A stretch of DNA of 55,514 nucleotides from a virus. Its lineage: Duplodnaviria > Caudoviricetes. The stretch is from IMG/VR virus record IMGVR_UViG_3300046724_000534, positions 1 to 55,514 of that record; one strand, 5' to 3'. The translations under genes were made by a program, and so were the position numbers. The stretch's first letter is position 1. Each line of letters opens with the position of its first letter. Below the pieces are notes generated by a model. It saw nothing but the letters and a program-made list of their open reading frames with translations. It had not been told where the DNA came from and searched no databases. Positions 45,006 through 53,442 of this stretch are shown here, one piece after another.

Positions 45006-46031
45006 TTACAATATCCTCCTGCACGCCGAAACCCATGCGCGCATGAGTGTAGCAGTTTCGTGATAAAAAGGATTAGACTCCTGGCACAGAAATTCCGCAA
45101 GCGACAAGTAGGCTTCCTCGACCGTGGTTCCCGTGAGTTTTGCTTCGATGAGTTTCGGCAGCAATTCCTCGAGCAGTAGAATCGGCCCAATTTCCTTTTG
45201 CACATCCTTGAGATAGACATGCGAATTTCTTTTGTGCGTCACGACCGGTGACCCGAAGCGAGCGGTCCAACCCATATGCTTCGCTACTTTTAAGGCGAAG
45301 TAACCCTGAAAGATGTCGCCGAAGCGGTCCATCATGCTGGTCATGCGGATAAAATAATACGCGGGCATGAGGTCCCGGTGCACGGCGGTATTTTGAGAGT
45401 TAATGGGGCACCAGGTATTCTTCCCAAGAACCACGGAATCCACCGGGCGCACCGGATGAAAGGGAGTGTACAGCCAAGTCAGGGCATCGAGGTCAGGGTC
45501 ACCAACCCACATTCCGGCATTCAGATAGACAGAATTATCGTTTTTCTTAATTACGGGATAAGAGTTTTCTCCTGTCCTTTCGTAATAGGGAAATCCTCTA
45601 GGATAAACGGACGACCAGCCAAGTAAATTACAATTATTAAACCAGTCTGCGTTTACTTCCCCTTCATTGCTACTTAATAATCCGCGTGCATGTTCACCGA
45701 TAAAATCCTGATCTTCCGGCGAGTAATTATCATCATCGATGGACACAATCATCTCGGCGCCACCCGCAAGAGCCATAAGGTATCCGACGTTGCGGCGATT
45801 GTCGGAGTTCCAGGGGATGTCATCTCTTGAAAAACCAATGCGATCGAGAAACTTTACTTGCTCTAATCCTCGAACTTCTTTTACCCCGCCCGGAACAAAA
45901 AAAGCAGGGGTCTTCGTATCGGTAATCAGGTAGATAGTTGCTTCGCGTCCATACTTGGCGAAATTAGCGAGATAACCGTTCAGGAGTTCCGTGCAATCGT
46001 GGATGCTGGTAACGACGATCGCGGCTTTCAT
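45006..46031 (-). CDS. RGP/UDP-arabinopyranose mutase (GT75)- or STELLO-like nucleotide-sugar enzyme
   Basis: IVVTSI, RRNVGYLMA, VSIDDDN, PRGFPY, AGMWVGDPDLDA, PINSQNT, RFGDIFQGY. Confidence 0.7.
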   Translation of the reverse strand: MKAAIVVTSIHDCTELLNGYLANFAKYGREATIYLITDTKTPAFFVPGGVKEVRGLEQVKFLDRIGFSRDDIPWNSDNRRNVGYLMALAGGAEMIVSIDDDNYSPEDQDFIGEHARGLLSSNEGEVNADWFNNCNLLGWSSVYPRGFPYYERTGENSYPVIKKNDNSVYLNAGMWVGDPDLDALTWLYTPFHPVRPVDSVVLGKNTWCPINSQNTAVHRDLMPAYYFIRMTSMMDRFGDIFQGYFALKVAKHMGWTARFGSPVVTHKRNSHVYLKDVQKEIGPILLLEELLPKLIEAKLTGTTVEEAYLSLAEFLCQESNPFYHETATLMRAWVSACRRIL

Positions 46032-46309
46032 AGGGTGATATCATCTTGTCTCAGGACGCGTCTGCGGCCCCTGGCACTGATAGAAACCAACCGCTTATAT
46101 AGATCCCCGCCCCCTTTAAGCGGTGAATCCCGATTAATGGAATCATACGTTGCGAATGCCAGTTTTCTTTTAGTCGTCGATTTGTAGTCCCACGGAATAT
46201 CGTAAGGTACATGCCACCAAGGGTGACAGGAAGTAGCTTCTGCGATTTCGATGCGATACCTCGTAACATTGGCAATATGTCCCGTTCCCTTGCAGCGAGG
46301 ACATTTCAT
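46028..46309 (-). CDS. Hypothetical protein with CxxCxGxG
   Basis: MKCPRCKGTG; ATGA-coupled. Confidence 0.5.
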   Translation of the reverse strand: MKCPRCKGTGHIANVTRYRIEIAEATSCHPWWHVPYDIPWDYKSTTKRKLAFATYDSINRDSPLKGGGDLYKRLVSISARGRRRVLRQDDITL

Positions 46310-47058
46310 GCCTTCCTCGCAACCAAAAGCAAATGATGGCCGAGGAACGGTTCAAACCAGCGATGCGTCACGAGGTTCCAGGGAAAGGCTTTTTTCCACT
46401 GATGCTGTACGTACTCCTCAATCCGCCATGGGAAAATATGGGTTTTTTTAATCGACACCACTTGAAATCCACAACTTTCGAGGAGCCGCTTCGCTTCGCT
46501 CGCCGAATACCATTTCACCAGGGGACATCCCGCCTGCGCTTCCGGCTGCGCCCCCATTAAATTCTTCCAGCTCCACTTCGCGTAGAGCATGATGCGCAGT
46601 TCCCCGTCATCAGCGAGTTCCCGGTGCGCGAGGCACAAAACCTTTTCCGGATGCGGGGTATGATGCAGGACGCCAAAACTGTAGATCAAATCAAACGGAC
46701 CCGCCGGCAAAAACTCTTCCGCATCAGCTAAAATAAACTTTACGGGGGCGTCGATCTGCGAAGCGCGCGCCGCCGCTAACCGCAAACTCTCGACCGACGC
46801 ATCCACCGCCACGACTTCCGCCCCAGCCCCTAAAAACTGCAACGTGTCGGTGCCGATCCCGCAGCCGATCTCCAAAACCCGCTTGCCTGTCCAGTGAGAA
46901 AAGTCAGCGAAAGAAATAATGTGCGGCTCGACTGTGTACTTCCGGATGGACACTTCTTCCGACCACAGCGGCGTGCCGACGGGCGCCGTGCCATGCCGTA
47001 CGTTACATGGCCTTTTGTTCCAGTAGTCGGTGAGTTCATTCATAGAATGGGGCTTCAT
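46306..47058 (-). CDS. Class I SAM-dependent methyltransferase
   Basis: RVLEIGCGIGTD, FDLIYSFGVLHHTP; start uncertain (47043-47085). Confidence 0.88.
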   Translation of the reverse strand: MKPHSMNELTDYWNKRPCNVRHGTAPVGTPLWSEEVSIRKYTVEPHIISFADFSHWTGKRVLEIGCGIGTDTLQFLGAGAEVVAVDASVESLRLAAARASQIDAPVKFILADAEEFLPAGPFDLIYSFGVLHHTPHPEKVLCLAHRELADDGELRIMLYAKWSWKNLMGAQPEAQAGCPLVKWYSASEAKRLLESCGFQVVSIKKTHIFPWRIEEYVQHQWKKAFPWNLVTHRWFEPFLGHHLLLVARKA

Positions 47059-47233
47059 GCTCTCCATCAAAAGTGCCTGATTCAATCATGTACCGAAGCG
47101 CCTCTCTTAATTCCGGGGAAGAACGCAGTTTCTTCATTGCCGATTCTTCGGCCCAGCGCGCTTGTTGCAGCGAAATACCCAATTCCTTCGCTACTTCCTT
47201 CAATTCCTTTACGAAGTGAATGTTAGTTCGCAC
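47036..47233 (-). CDS. Sigma70 region-4-like HTH mini-protein
   Basis: LKEVAKELGISLQQARWAEESAMKKLR. Confidence 0.55.
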   Translation of the reverse strand: MRTNIHFVKELKEVAKELGISLQQARWAEESAMKKLRSSPELREALRYMIESGTFDGEHEAPFYE

Positions 47234-47844
47234 TGCTCTTTGCTCCGAATCGCTTCATCGTGCCTCTTGAACATATCCATGCGCTCACAAGTCCAGAGCG
47301 GAAAATTAGAATCACAGGAATCCGCTTCGACGGCATGAGCATGTTGCAGTTTCCGCAGCGTGCCAGCTCGCCCGTAGTGAAATTTCCTGCCACAGCCATG
47401 CGCCAGATCACTCCATCGCTGTGCCGTCAACTTGAATTTGTCCGTGCCGCCCAGGAATATGCCGCAGAAAAAATGCAGCACTTCGGACACTTCGGCTGTG
47501 CTCATTCCATCCTGTACAGCCAGATACCAGGGCCAACTATTCCGCAGTTGCAAACGCCAACCCAGCGAAAATTCAAGGGAATTGCGACCACCCGCCACAA
47601 TATCCGGCACCACCGCTATGATTGGATCGGAATTGACTTTTTCCGCTGCGTCCAATCGGCGTAAAAACTGATCGGCAGGAAACGATTCCCCGCGCGTCCA
47701 GGCCACATATGCCCCATTGTCAAATCCCCACGGCTCGAACTCGTATGGAGTAGCTGGCCTGGTGGCGAACATTCGTCCCCATCCCCAAGCCTTCAGGAGT
47801 GCTATATTTTTTCGGCTGCGCGTATCTCCAACCATGATTTTCAT
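47209..47844 (-). CDS. TGT/DpdA-like (base-exchange transglycosylase fold) protein
   Basis: FDNGAY, VVPDIV, AVQDG, IFLGG, HYGR, ADSCDS parallel the TGT DSGGF ... GG ... H..G ... D.FD motifs. Confidence 0.6.
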   Translation of the reverse strand: MKIMVGDTRSRKNIALLKAWGWGRMFATRPATPYEFEPWGFDNGAYVAWTRGESFPADQFLRRLDAAEKVNSDPIIAVVPDIVAGGRNSLEFSLGWRLQLRNSWPWYLAVQDGMSTAEVSEVLHFFCGIFLGGTDKFKLTAQRWSDLAHGCGRKFHYGRAGTLRKLQHAHAVEADSCDSNFPLWTCERMDMFKRHDEAIRSKEQCELTFTS

Positions 47845-48644
47845 TTAGAAACCATCTGATTCACGAGGTCAGCGGCTTCGGAGAGTGCGGCATCGACCCC
47901 CACTTTCTCCGCGGTGTACCGGAACATGCGGTTGTCGCGGGGAAGGCATGGACCGGAATAGGGTCTGCCTGGTTCCAGATAACACGGATTGATGCGTGGG
48001 TCGGCGCCTACGGCTTCCATGATCTTTTTCGAATCGGCGCCCATTTTCTTGGCCACGAGATGCAACTGATTAGCGAGAGAAATCTTCATGGTGAGCGCGC
48101 AGTTAAGCGTAATCTTAGCCAGTTCCGCCTCTATCAGCGACATCCGGATAATCGGCACATCGTTGATGGCCTGATACAGCCGCTCCGCCCGATCCCCGGC
48201 AGCTTTCGACCCTTCCCCAATCAACGTGAATGCCGGATTCACCAGGTCCGCGTCCACGTACTCGAGCCTGATAAATTCCGGCTTATAAACGATGTTATCG
48301 CCCACAATCTTCCGAAACTCATCGCACGAGCCCGGCACCGTCGTACTCGTCACAATGTAGAGGTAATCACGTTCCATTTGTGGCCTATGCCGTTTGGCAC
48401 TGCTCGCAAATTCGGTTAAGGCAGATAACAGATATTCGTTTGAGAATGATCCATCAGCAAGAGAAGGAGTCTGCACAATGAAGATTGTGGCTGTTGTGAC
48501 CAGTACAGCACTATCGACATCGAGCGTCTCGGAAATATTCTTGTCACGATCGTACCCAACCGCCTTAAACCCCTTGCGGCGCAGCATCCCCAGGATCGGC
48601 CGACCCACCTTCCCCATCCCGCATACGCAAATTCGCTCCGTCAC
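47841..48644 (-). CDS. UDP-glucose/GDP-mannose dehydrogenase family protein lacking the C-terminal domain
   Basis: GMGKVG (Rossmann), VQTP, STTVPGS, PEFIR, AELAK..LN, GADPRI, SGPCLPRD; 267 aa from GTG 48644. Confidence 0.85.
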   Translation of the reverse strand: MTERICVCGMGKVGRPILGMLRRKGFKAVGYDRDKNISETLDVDSAVLVTTATIFIVQTPSLADGSFSNEYLLSALTEFASSAKRHRPQMERDYLYIVTSTTVPGSCDEFRKIVGDNIVYKPEFIRLEYVDADLVNPAFTLIGEGSKAAGDRAERLYQAINDVPIIRMSLIEAELAKITLNCALTMKISLANQLHLVAKKMGADSKKIMEAVGADPRINPCYLEPGRPYSGPCLPRDNRMFRYTAEKVGVDAALSEAADLVNQMVSK

Positions 48645-49020
48645 CGCTTTTTCACCCCGCACAATCGACAATACCCCTTCTCGAACCGGTGCGCGCGCCT
48701 TCGGCGCCCATCGACGATACACGTATTCTTGGATGACACCCGCATAAGCAATTCTTCTTGAAACACAGCCCGTGCCGCCCCGCACGACAATTCCCGCTCT
48801 CCCGTGCCACCGATCGCTGGTCCAGCTTCGCCACCCGCTTCAAGAATGCACCTTCCCAGAAGTCCACTTTACCTCGTTCGTCTCAAACTCAACCTCACCC
48901 AGCGCTCCACACTCCGGACACCAAAAATACTGCCCGCTACTACATGTTCCGCGGGAACACAGATACCAACTCTCCTCATGCTTCCCGTGATGCACCGGAA
49001 AAACCAATTCCTTAAATACC

Positions 49021-49200
49021 TTAGTACCGCTCGTCTTTGCCACGATACGCCGTCCCCCACTTATGCTTCCGTACCTCCCGCATATCCTGGCACGACCTGC
49101 ACCAACATTCTTGCCAAATCGACTCTGCCTTGTGTATCTCGATCCTTTCGTACTTATCGTGCAAATACCCCAACCCCTTATCCACAGGCATCTCATTCAT
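49021..49200 (-). CDS. Small hypothetical protein
   Basis: ATGA-coupled to the RHH gene; CWCRSC. Confidence 0.45.
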   Translation of the reverse strand: MNEMPVDKGLGYLHDKYERIEIHKAESIWQECWCRSCQDMREVRKHKWGTAYRGKDERY

Positions 49201-49550
49201 TCCGTCACCGCCTTCCCCCCACACTGCCAACACCGATAACCCTTCTCAGTCCCATGCTTACACCGCGCCACAGCCTTCGGATTCGCGTTCCGGCAGTGCG
49301 CGTATGGACACTTCCCCGGTCCATACCCGAAGTCATGGTCACATGGCTGACCCATTGCATCGGCAGCAGGCTCCCGTCTCTTTGCCTCTCGTACCGGCTC
49401 AACCCGCTGCACGTCCGGTACTGCACTTCTTTCCTCGTTACACCGCCCTCGTACCCATTCCGATAAACTTTCTCCATTTTCTCCCGCCTTCCGCTTCCAC
49501 TCCTCAAGCTCCGCGCTCGGCAACCGGAACTTGATCGTCGCGTCATTCAT
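49197..49550 (-). CDS. Ribbon-helix-helix DNA-binding protein with C-terminal Cys/His motifs (leaderless)
   Basis: TIKFRLPSAELEEWKRKA...GESLSEWVR; ATG 7 nt after -10. Confidence 0.75.
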   Translation of the reverse strand: MNDATIKFRLPSAELEEWKRKAGENGESLSEWVRGRCNEERSAVPDVQRVEPVREAKRREPAADAMGQPCDHDFGYGPGKCPYAHCRNANPKAVARCKHGTEKGYRCWQCGGKAVTE

Positions 49551-49622
49551 GTGGGTACATCTACCCGTTGTGGGTACAGATGTCAAGGTTTTTGTGGGTA
49601 CAATATAGGATTTGTGGGGACA
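49550..49622. repeat. Four 10-bp direct repeats TGTGGG(T/G)ACA overlapping the promoter (operator array)
   Basis: Copies at 49550, 49569, 49593 and 49613. Confidence 0.85.
49558..49586 (-). promoter_or_regulatory. Sigma70 promoter for the RHH gene and glycan island
   Basis: TTGACA(49586-49581)-N17-TAGATG(49563-49558). Confidence 0.7.
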
Positions 49623-49943
49623 ATCTAGTTGGGCAGAAATTCCCACTATTCTCGATGAAGGCCTAGCTGTAGAGATCGACCCCGGACCCGCATTAGTGAC
49701 CCGGCCGGCTCGAAGTTTTCCGTAAGGGTACCCACGAAAATGCCCCCGGACACGCTCGCAGGATACCGCGGTAATCGTCTGCCGATGCGCTGCTAATCCG
49801 CTGCCAGTTATGGAGCTCCCAACTGGCCAGCAATCGGCAAAGCATCGGCGGCTAATTGCCCAACTAACTGCCCAACTAAATGTAGCATGGAATGTAGCAG
49901 GACTATCTAAGTACAGTGGAATGAATGTGTGGCAGAGAGTATA

Positions 49944-50219
49944 TCATTCTAACCCTAGCATCTTACGCTCGAATTCGCGTTGCTTCTTTTCCGCTCGCAT
50001 CTTGGCCTGAACTGCGCGTGCGATGGCCGTAGGATTGATCCCGCGCTTGCGGTAGTTTGCTTGTGCGCGCCGGCCGTTACGCGTGGCTATCATCATCAGC
50101 GCGTGTGCGCGACGTGCGGATGCGCCTACACTCTTCCACTTTTCGATTCTCGCCAAAATAGCAGCACTTGTCTTCACAGAAGTAAGATCACCTACGTACG
50201 GGGCGGAAAGCAAGGACAA
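49944..50219 (-). CDS. Basic hypothetical protein
   Basis: 91-aa Arg/Ala-rich ORF; start uncertain. Confidence 0.4.
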   Translation of the reverse strand: MSLLSAPYVGDLTSVKTSAAILARIEKWKSVGASARRAHALMMIATRNGRRAQANYRKRGINPTAIARAVQAKMRAEKKQREFERKMLGLE

Positions 50220-50318
50220 AAACGTAATACGCTAACAGAGATAAGAACCTTTAAGTACCGAGAATCGAGTGTATTAGCGCCGAAACTGAGAAATGTTGCG
50301 TTAGTGCGAAGATAATGC

Positions 50319-50347
50319 TTGACATCATGCCTAACTTAATATAGGAT
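50319..50347 (+). promoter_or_regulatory. Strong early sigma70 promoter
   Basis: TTGACA-N17-TAGGAT; followed by a 5-prime hairpin (50351-50380) and GGAGG SD. Confidence 0.8.
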
Positions 50348-50394
50348 GCGTGTAGGTAAGGATAGCGTCCTTAACCTACAGGAGGATAAATCGA

Positions 50395-50805
50395 ATGTTT
50401 GAAGCAATTAGCCTTAAATCAGCACCCGAAGTCAAGAAAGTCATTACCGTCGCGTTTCCCAGCTATAAGAAACACAATGCTTTCCTGTCCGAATTTCACC
50501 CGATGCAGATTAACTCGTATTGGGATGGCGGTTCGCGTGATTACTTCGCCATCGTCGAGCTCGCCACCATGCAACGTAAGGATATGCCCACACGCACGCA
50601 TCCTTGCTTTGAAGTGTCGCAACGTGGCCTTGCAAACCAGTCGAATGACGTAGTGGAAATAGACCACGTTGGAAATATCACCTTGAAAATATTGCCGGAA
50701 GGATTCGCGCTTGTTTCCGCTGGTATCTTTTGCGGTAAACCAGGTACCGCGCACGTATACCTGAATCCCGCGAATATGACTAAGCTTTTGGTAGGTGCGC
50801 GATGA
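50395..50805 (+). CDS. Early hypothetical protein
   Basis: GGAGG SD; AFPSY, NSYWDGGSR, FCGK motifs. Confidence 0.75.
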   Translation: MFEAISLKSAPEVKKVITVAFPSYKKHNAFLSEFHPMQINSYWDGGSRDYFAIVELATMQRKDMPTRTHPCFEVSQRGLANQSNDVVEIDHVGNITLKILPEGFALVSAGIFCGKPGTAHVYLNPANMTKLLVGAR

Positions 50806-51044
50806 AATTCACTCACGAAATATGGGTATTTGGGCCTGATTCGTGGCACGCAAATACGAATAACGGTCACATGATTAGATCATTTGTTTCACCGCATGGT
50901 GCTTTTCGGCCCTATGCTTACCGTGTTTTTCTAGAAACTGCCAAACGTGAATTGGGATGTAAGCCGAGATTCGTACGCGACTGTACGGTAGCAGGTCACC
51001 ACTACTCGAATGCCGATGGCACGATTGTCTTGGAGTTGCATTAG
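50802..51044 (+). CDS. Early hypothetical protein
   Basis: ATGA overlap. Confidence 0.55.
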   Translation: MKFTHEIWVFGPDSWHANTNNGHMIRSFVSPHGAFRPYAYRVFLETAKRELGCKPRFVRDCTVAGHHYSNADGTIVLELH

Positions 51045-51143
51045 TCGTTTGTTCCGGATTGTGCTCACGTAGAGCACTTTCCAGAGCGTAACGGCTCTAA
51101 TCCAAAGGCCCGATTAGCTATCGGCGCCGAGAGAGGCAAAGCA

Positions 51144-51392
51144 ATGAAATACACGTATAAACGAATAGACGGTCTGTACTTGCGGTCCGATCGTCAAATA
51201 GCGGTCTCACCGTCCGATATATCTGAGCCATTTAATCGGTCTACCTGGACAGATACGCGATGCACCGCTTGTTTCCTCGGAAACTGCCACACTGTAGACG
51301 CACACGTAGCGAATGTTTCCCGCTATTGCCAATCTTTGCACCCGAACTGGTTTGTTTTGCTCCGATCTGTGTACCGGGACGGTGCCAAGTGA
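51144..51392 (+). CDS. Early hypothetical protein
   Basis: GAGAGG SD; CTAC...CH motif. Confidence 0.5.
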   Translation: MKYTYKRIDGLYLRSDRQIAVSPSDISEPFNRSTWTDTRCTACFLGNCHTVDAHVANVSRYCQSLHPNWFVLLRSVYRDGAK

Positions 51393-52060
51393 GCACGCAA
51401 ACCCCATTTGAGTCTATGTTCCCAGAGTCTCAACCTGGACTCGCTTTCCCGAAACCACTAGCAGAGAAATACCGGCCGGTTCACATCTCCGATTTTATCG
51501 GACTAGACAAAGTTAAGAAGATTCTCTCGGCATTCTCGATCCGGCCCACTGTAAGCGCGTGGGTATTCGTGGGCCCGGCCGGAACGGGCAAGACCACCAT
51601 GGCGCAAGCTCTGTGCTCTGCTATCCATGGCGAATTTCACCACATTCCAAGCCAAAAGTGCGATGCCAGAGCAATAGACGATGTAGTGCGGCAATGCTGG
51701 TACGCGCCGTTCCATGGCACGTTTCACGTAGTGGTAGTCGATGAATTCGATCATATGACTCAGGGTGCGCAACTGGCATTGCTTTCCAAGCTGGACAGCA
51801 CGGATGCTCCCCCGCAAACCATTTGGATATTTACAGGCAATTCAACCGAGGGAATCGAACCGCGCTTTATGTCCAGGTGTCGCGTACTCGAATTTTCAAG
51901 CTATGGCATGAGGGAATCATTGGCCGATTTGCTGTCAAAGGTATGGCAATCGGAAACTGGACAGTCTTCCGGCCCTAACTTTGAACGAATCGCCAAAGAT
52001 TCAAACAATAATTGCCGAGGCGCTTTGATGCAACTGGAATTGGAATTGCTTGCAAGGTGA
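51389..52060 (+). CDS. Clamp-loader/RarA-clade AAA+ ATPase
   Basis: LAEKYRP....DFIG, GPAGTGKTT (Walker A), VVVDEFD (Walker B), SRC (Arg finger), NCRGAL (sensor 2). Confidence 0.9.
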   Translation: MSTQTPFESMFPESQPGLAFPKPLAEKYRPVHISDFIGLDKVKKILSAFSIRPTVSAWVFVGPAGTGKTTMAQALCSAIHGEFHHIPSQKCDARAIDDVVRQCWYAPFHGTFHVVVVDEFDHMTQGAQLALLSKLDSTDAPPQTIWIFTGNSTEGIEPRFMSRCRVLEFSSYGMRESLADLLSKVWQSETGQSSGPNFERIAKDSNNNCRGALMQLELELLAR

Positions 52061-52109
52061 TTAGAAATGAATGTTTACGGGTAGCACCCGACAAAGAGAG
52101 GACAAAGCA

Positions 52110-52421
52110 ATGGCAAACGAAACGAAACATACACCTGGACCGTGGACGCCCGCAAAGGAAACGGCACACACCCGCGCTCAGGTATTTGAGGGTGGCGATT
52201 ATGCTCGACAGATTGCAGATGTCTTCGGGGAATCTTATGAAACCCGTGCCGCCAATGCTCGCCTGATCGCAGCCGCACCGGAAATGCTCGCCTGCCTCAA
52301 AGCATGGATCGAAGCCGAACGCGATGCACACTTTGAGGAACAAGCCCATGATCCGGAAGGGTGTCGTTACTGCGAATCTCTCGCCGTCATCGCAGAAGTG
52401 GAAAATTGGGACAAACGGTAG
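52110..52421 (+). CDS. Conserved phage hypothetical protein
   Basis: KHTPGPW...ANARLIAAAPEML motif. Confidence 0.75.
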   Translation: MANETKHTPGPWTPAKETAHTRAQVFEGGDYARQIADVFGESYETRAANARLIAAAPEMLACLKAWIEAERDAHFEEQAHDPEGCRYCESLAVIAEVENWDKR

Positions 52422-52598
52422 GTATCCATGCGCCACGAACACAAACCTGTACCCGAATCGACGCCCGAGCGCGTAGTCTATGCCGCACTCCAGGACATAC
52501 AACGGCTATGCGCACGCGGCGCCGAACTGGATCAAATCTGGGAACGCGCCGAAAAAGCCATTGAACAGGCGAAATCGAGACACTGAAAGGACAAACCG

Positions 52599-52754
52599 AT
52601 GATTGGCGACATTGTAGCAGCACTGATTATTTTCTTTTGGGTGATCCCGGCATTGCTCTGGCTCGCCGGCTGGTGCCTGGTGCTGGTCTTCGAACACCCG
52701 AAAGCCGCCTTAGTCTTGGCTGTTATTGCCGGTATCATCATCTGGAGTCACTAA
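52599..52754 (+). CDS. 51-aa two-TM membrane protein (not in ORF track)
   Basis: GAAAGGA SD; MIGDIVAALIIFFWVIPALLWLAGW... Confidence 0.55.
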   Translation: MIGDIVAALIIFFWVIPALLWLAGWCLVLVFEHPKAALVLAVIAGIIIWSH

Positions 52755-52826
52755 CCTTGTCCACCAGGTAAAGAACGTCCATTCGTCCTCCGCCTGGTCC
52801 AAGACCCTGACCGATAGCTTCGGCTC

Positions 52827-52860
52827 ATGGTTCGGTGGGTAAAGCCGAACCGTATTTTTC
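52827..52860 (+). terminator. Intrinsic terminator
   Basis: ATGGTTCGGT-loop-GCCGAACCGT followed by ATTTTTC. Confidence 0.6.
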
Positions 52861-52908
52861 TCTTGCTATTGCCGGATTGCATGATACAAACAAGTTGGGC
52901 ATCGACAT

Positions 52909-53040
52909 ATGAGACTAGAACGCGAACGCGACCGCATCGAACGTAAACGCCTGTGGCGCGGATTGATATTTGCTCTTGGTTTTACCGCCATTATCGGCGC
53001 CTGTATCGCCTGGATTATCCTGATTCTCTATGGGAGATAA
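52909..53040 (+). CDS. 43-aa single-TM protein (not in ORF track)
   Basis: MRLERERDRIERKRLWRGLIFALGFTAIIGACIAWIILILYGR. Confidence 0.5.
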   Translation: MRLERERDRIERKRLWRGLIFALGFTAIIGACIAWIILILYGR

Positions 53041-53044
53041 GCCG

Positions 53045-53254
53045 ATGGACGCTAAAAAAACAGCCGCACTCGAAGTTATTTTAGCCGCTCTTGCGGTGCG
53101 CGACGAAGACCAGGGGGCCGAGTTTCCCGATGAGCTGCACGCCCGCATGATTGAGATTGCGATAGATGCCGTGACGCCGAAACCCCCGGAAATCGACTGG
53201 CTGCACTATGCCGAAATTATCTGCCATGGCCCGCTTAAACGGAGGGTGCAATGA
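53045..53254 (+). CDS. Hypothetical protein
   Basis: GGGAG SD; coupled to next gene. Confidence 0.5.
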   Translation: MDAKKTAALEVILAALAVRDEDQGAEFPDELHARMIEIAIDAVTPKPPEIDWLHYAEIICHGPLKRRVQ

Positions 53255-53442
53255 TTTGCATTCAATGTGGCCGAACGTTCACCCCTGAAAATAATGGCGA
53301 TGGCAAAAGCCCATGCTGTACCGCCGACGGTAGGGTCGATCGTTCGTGTTGGAAAACGATGGAATGTCTACTCTTGGATGGCCATAAAGGGCCGTGCCAG
53401 TCAAAACGGAGGGCATTGAGGAGACCAGCCGATGACCAATGA
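53251..53442 (+). CDS. Small Cys-rich protein
   Basis: GGAGG SD; CIQCG, C.LLDGHKGP. Confidence 0.5.
   Translation: MICIQCGRTFTPENNGDGKSPCCTADGRVDRSCWKTMECLLLDGHKGPCQSKRRALRRPADDQ

Noticed and set aside
49550-49622. CRISPR mini-array, plasmid iterons or parC centromere
   Set aside because: Repeats are only 10 bp with 9-14 nt spacers and overlap a promoter; no cas, Rep or ParA/ParM gene is nearby.
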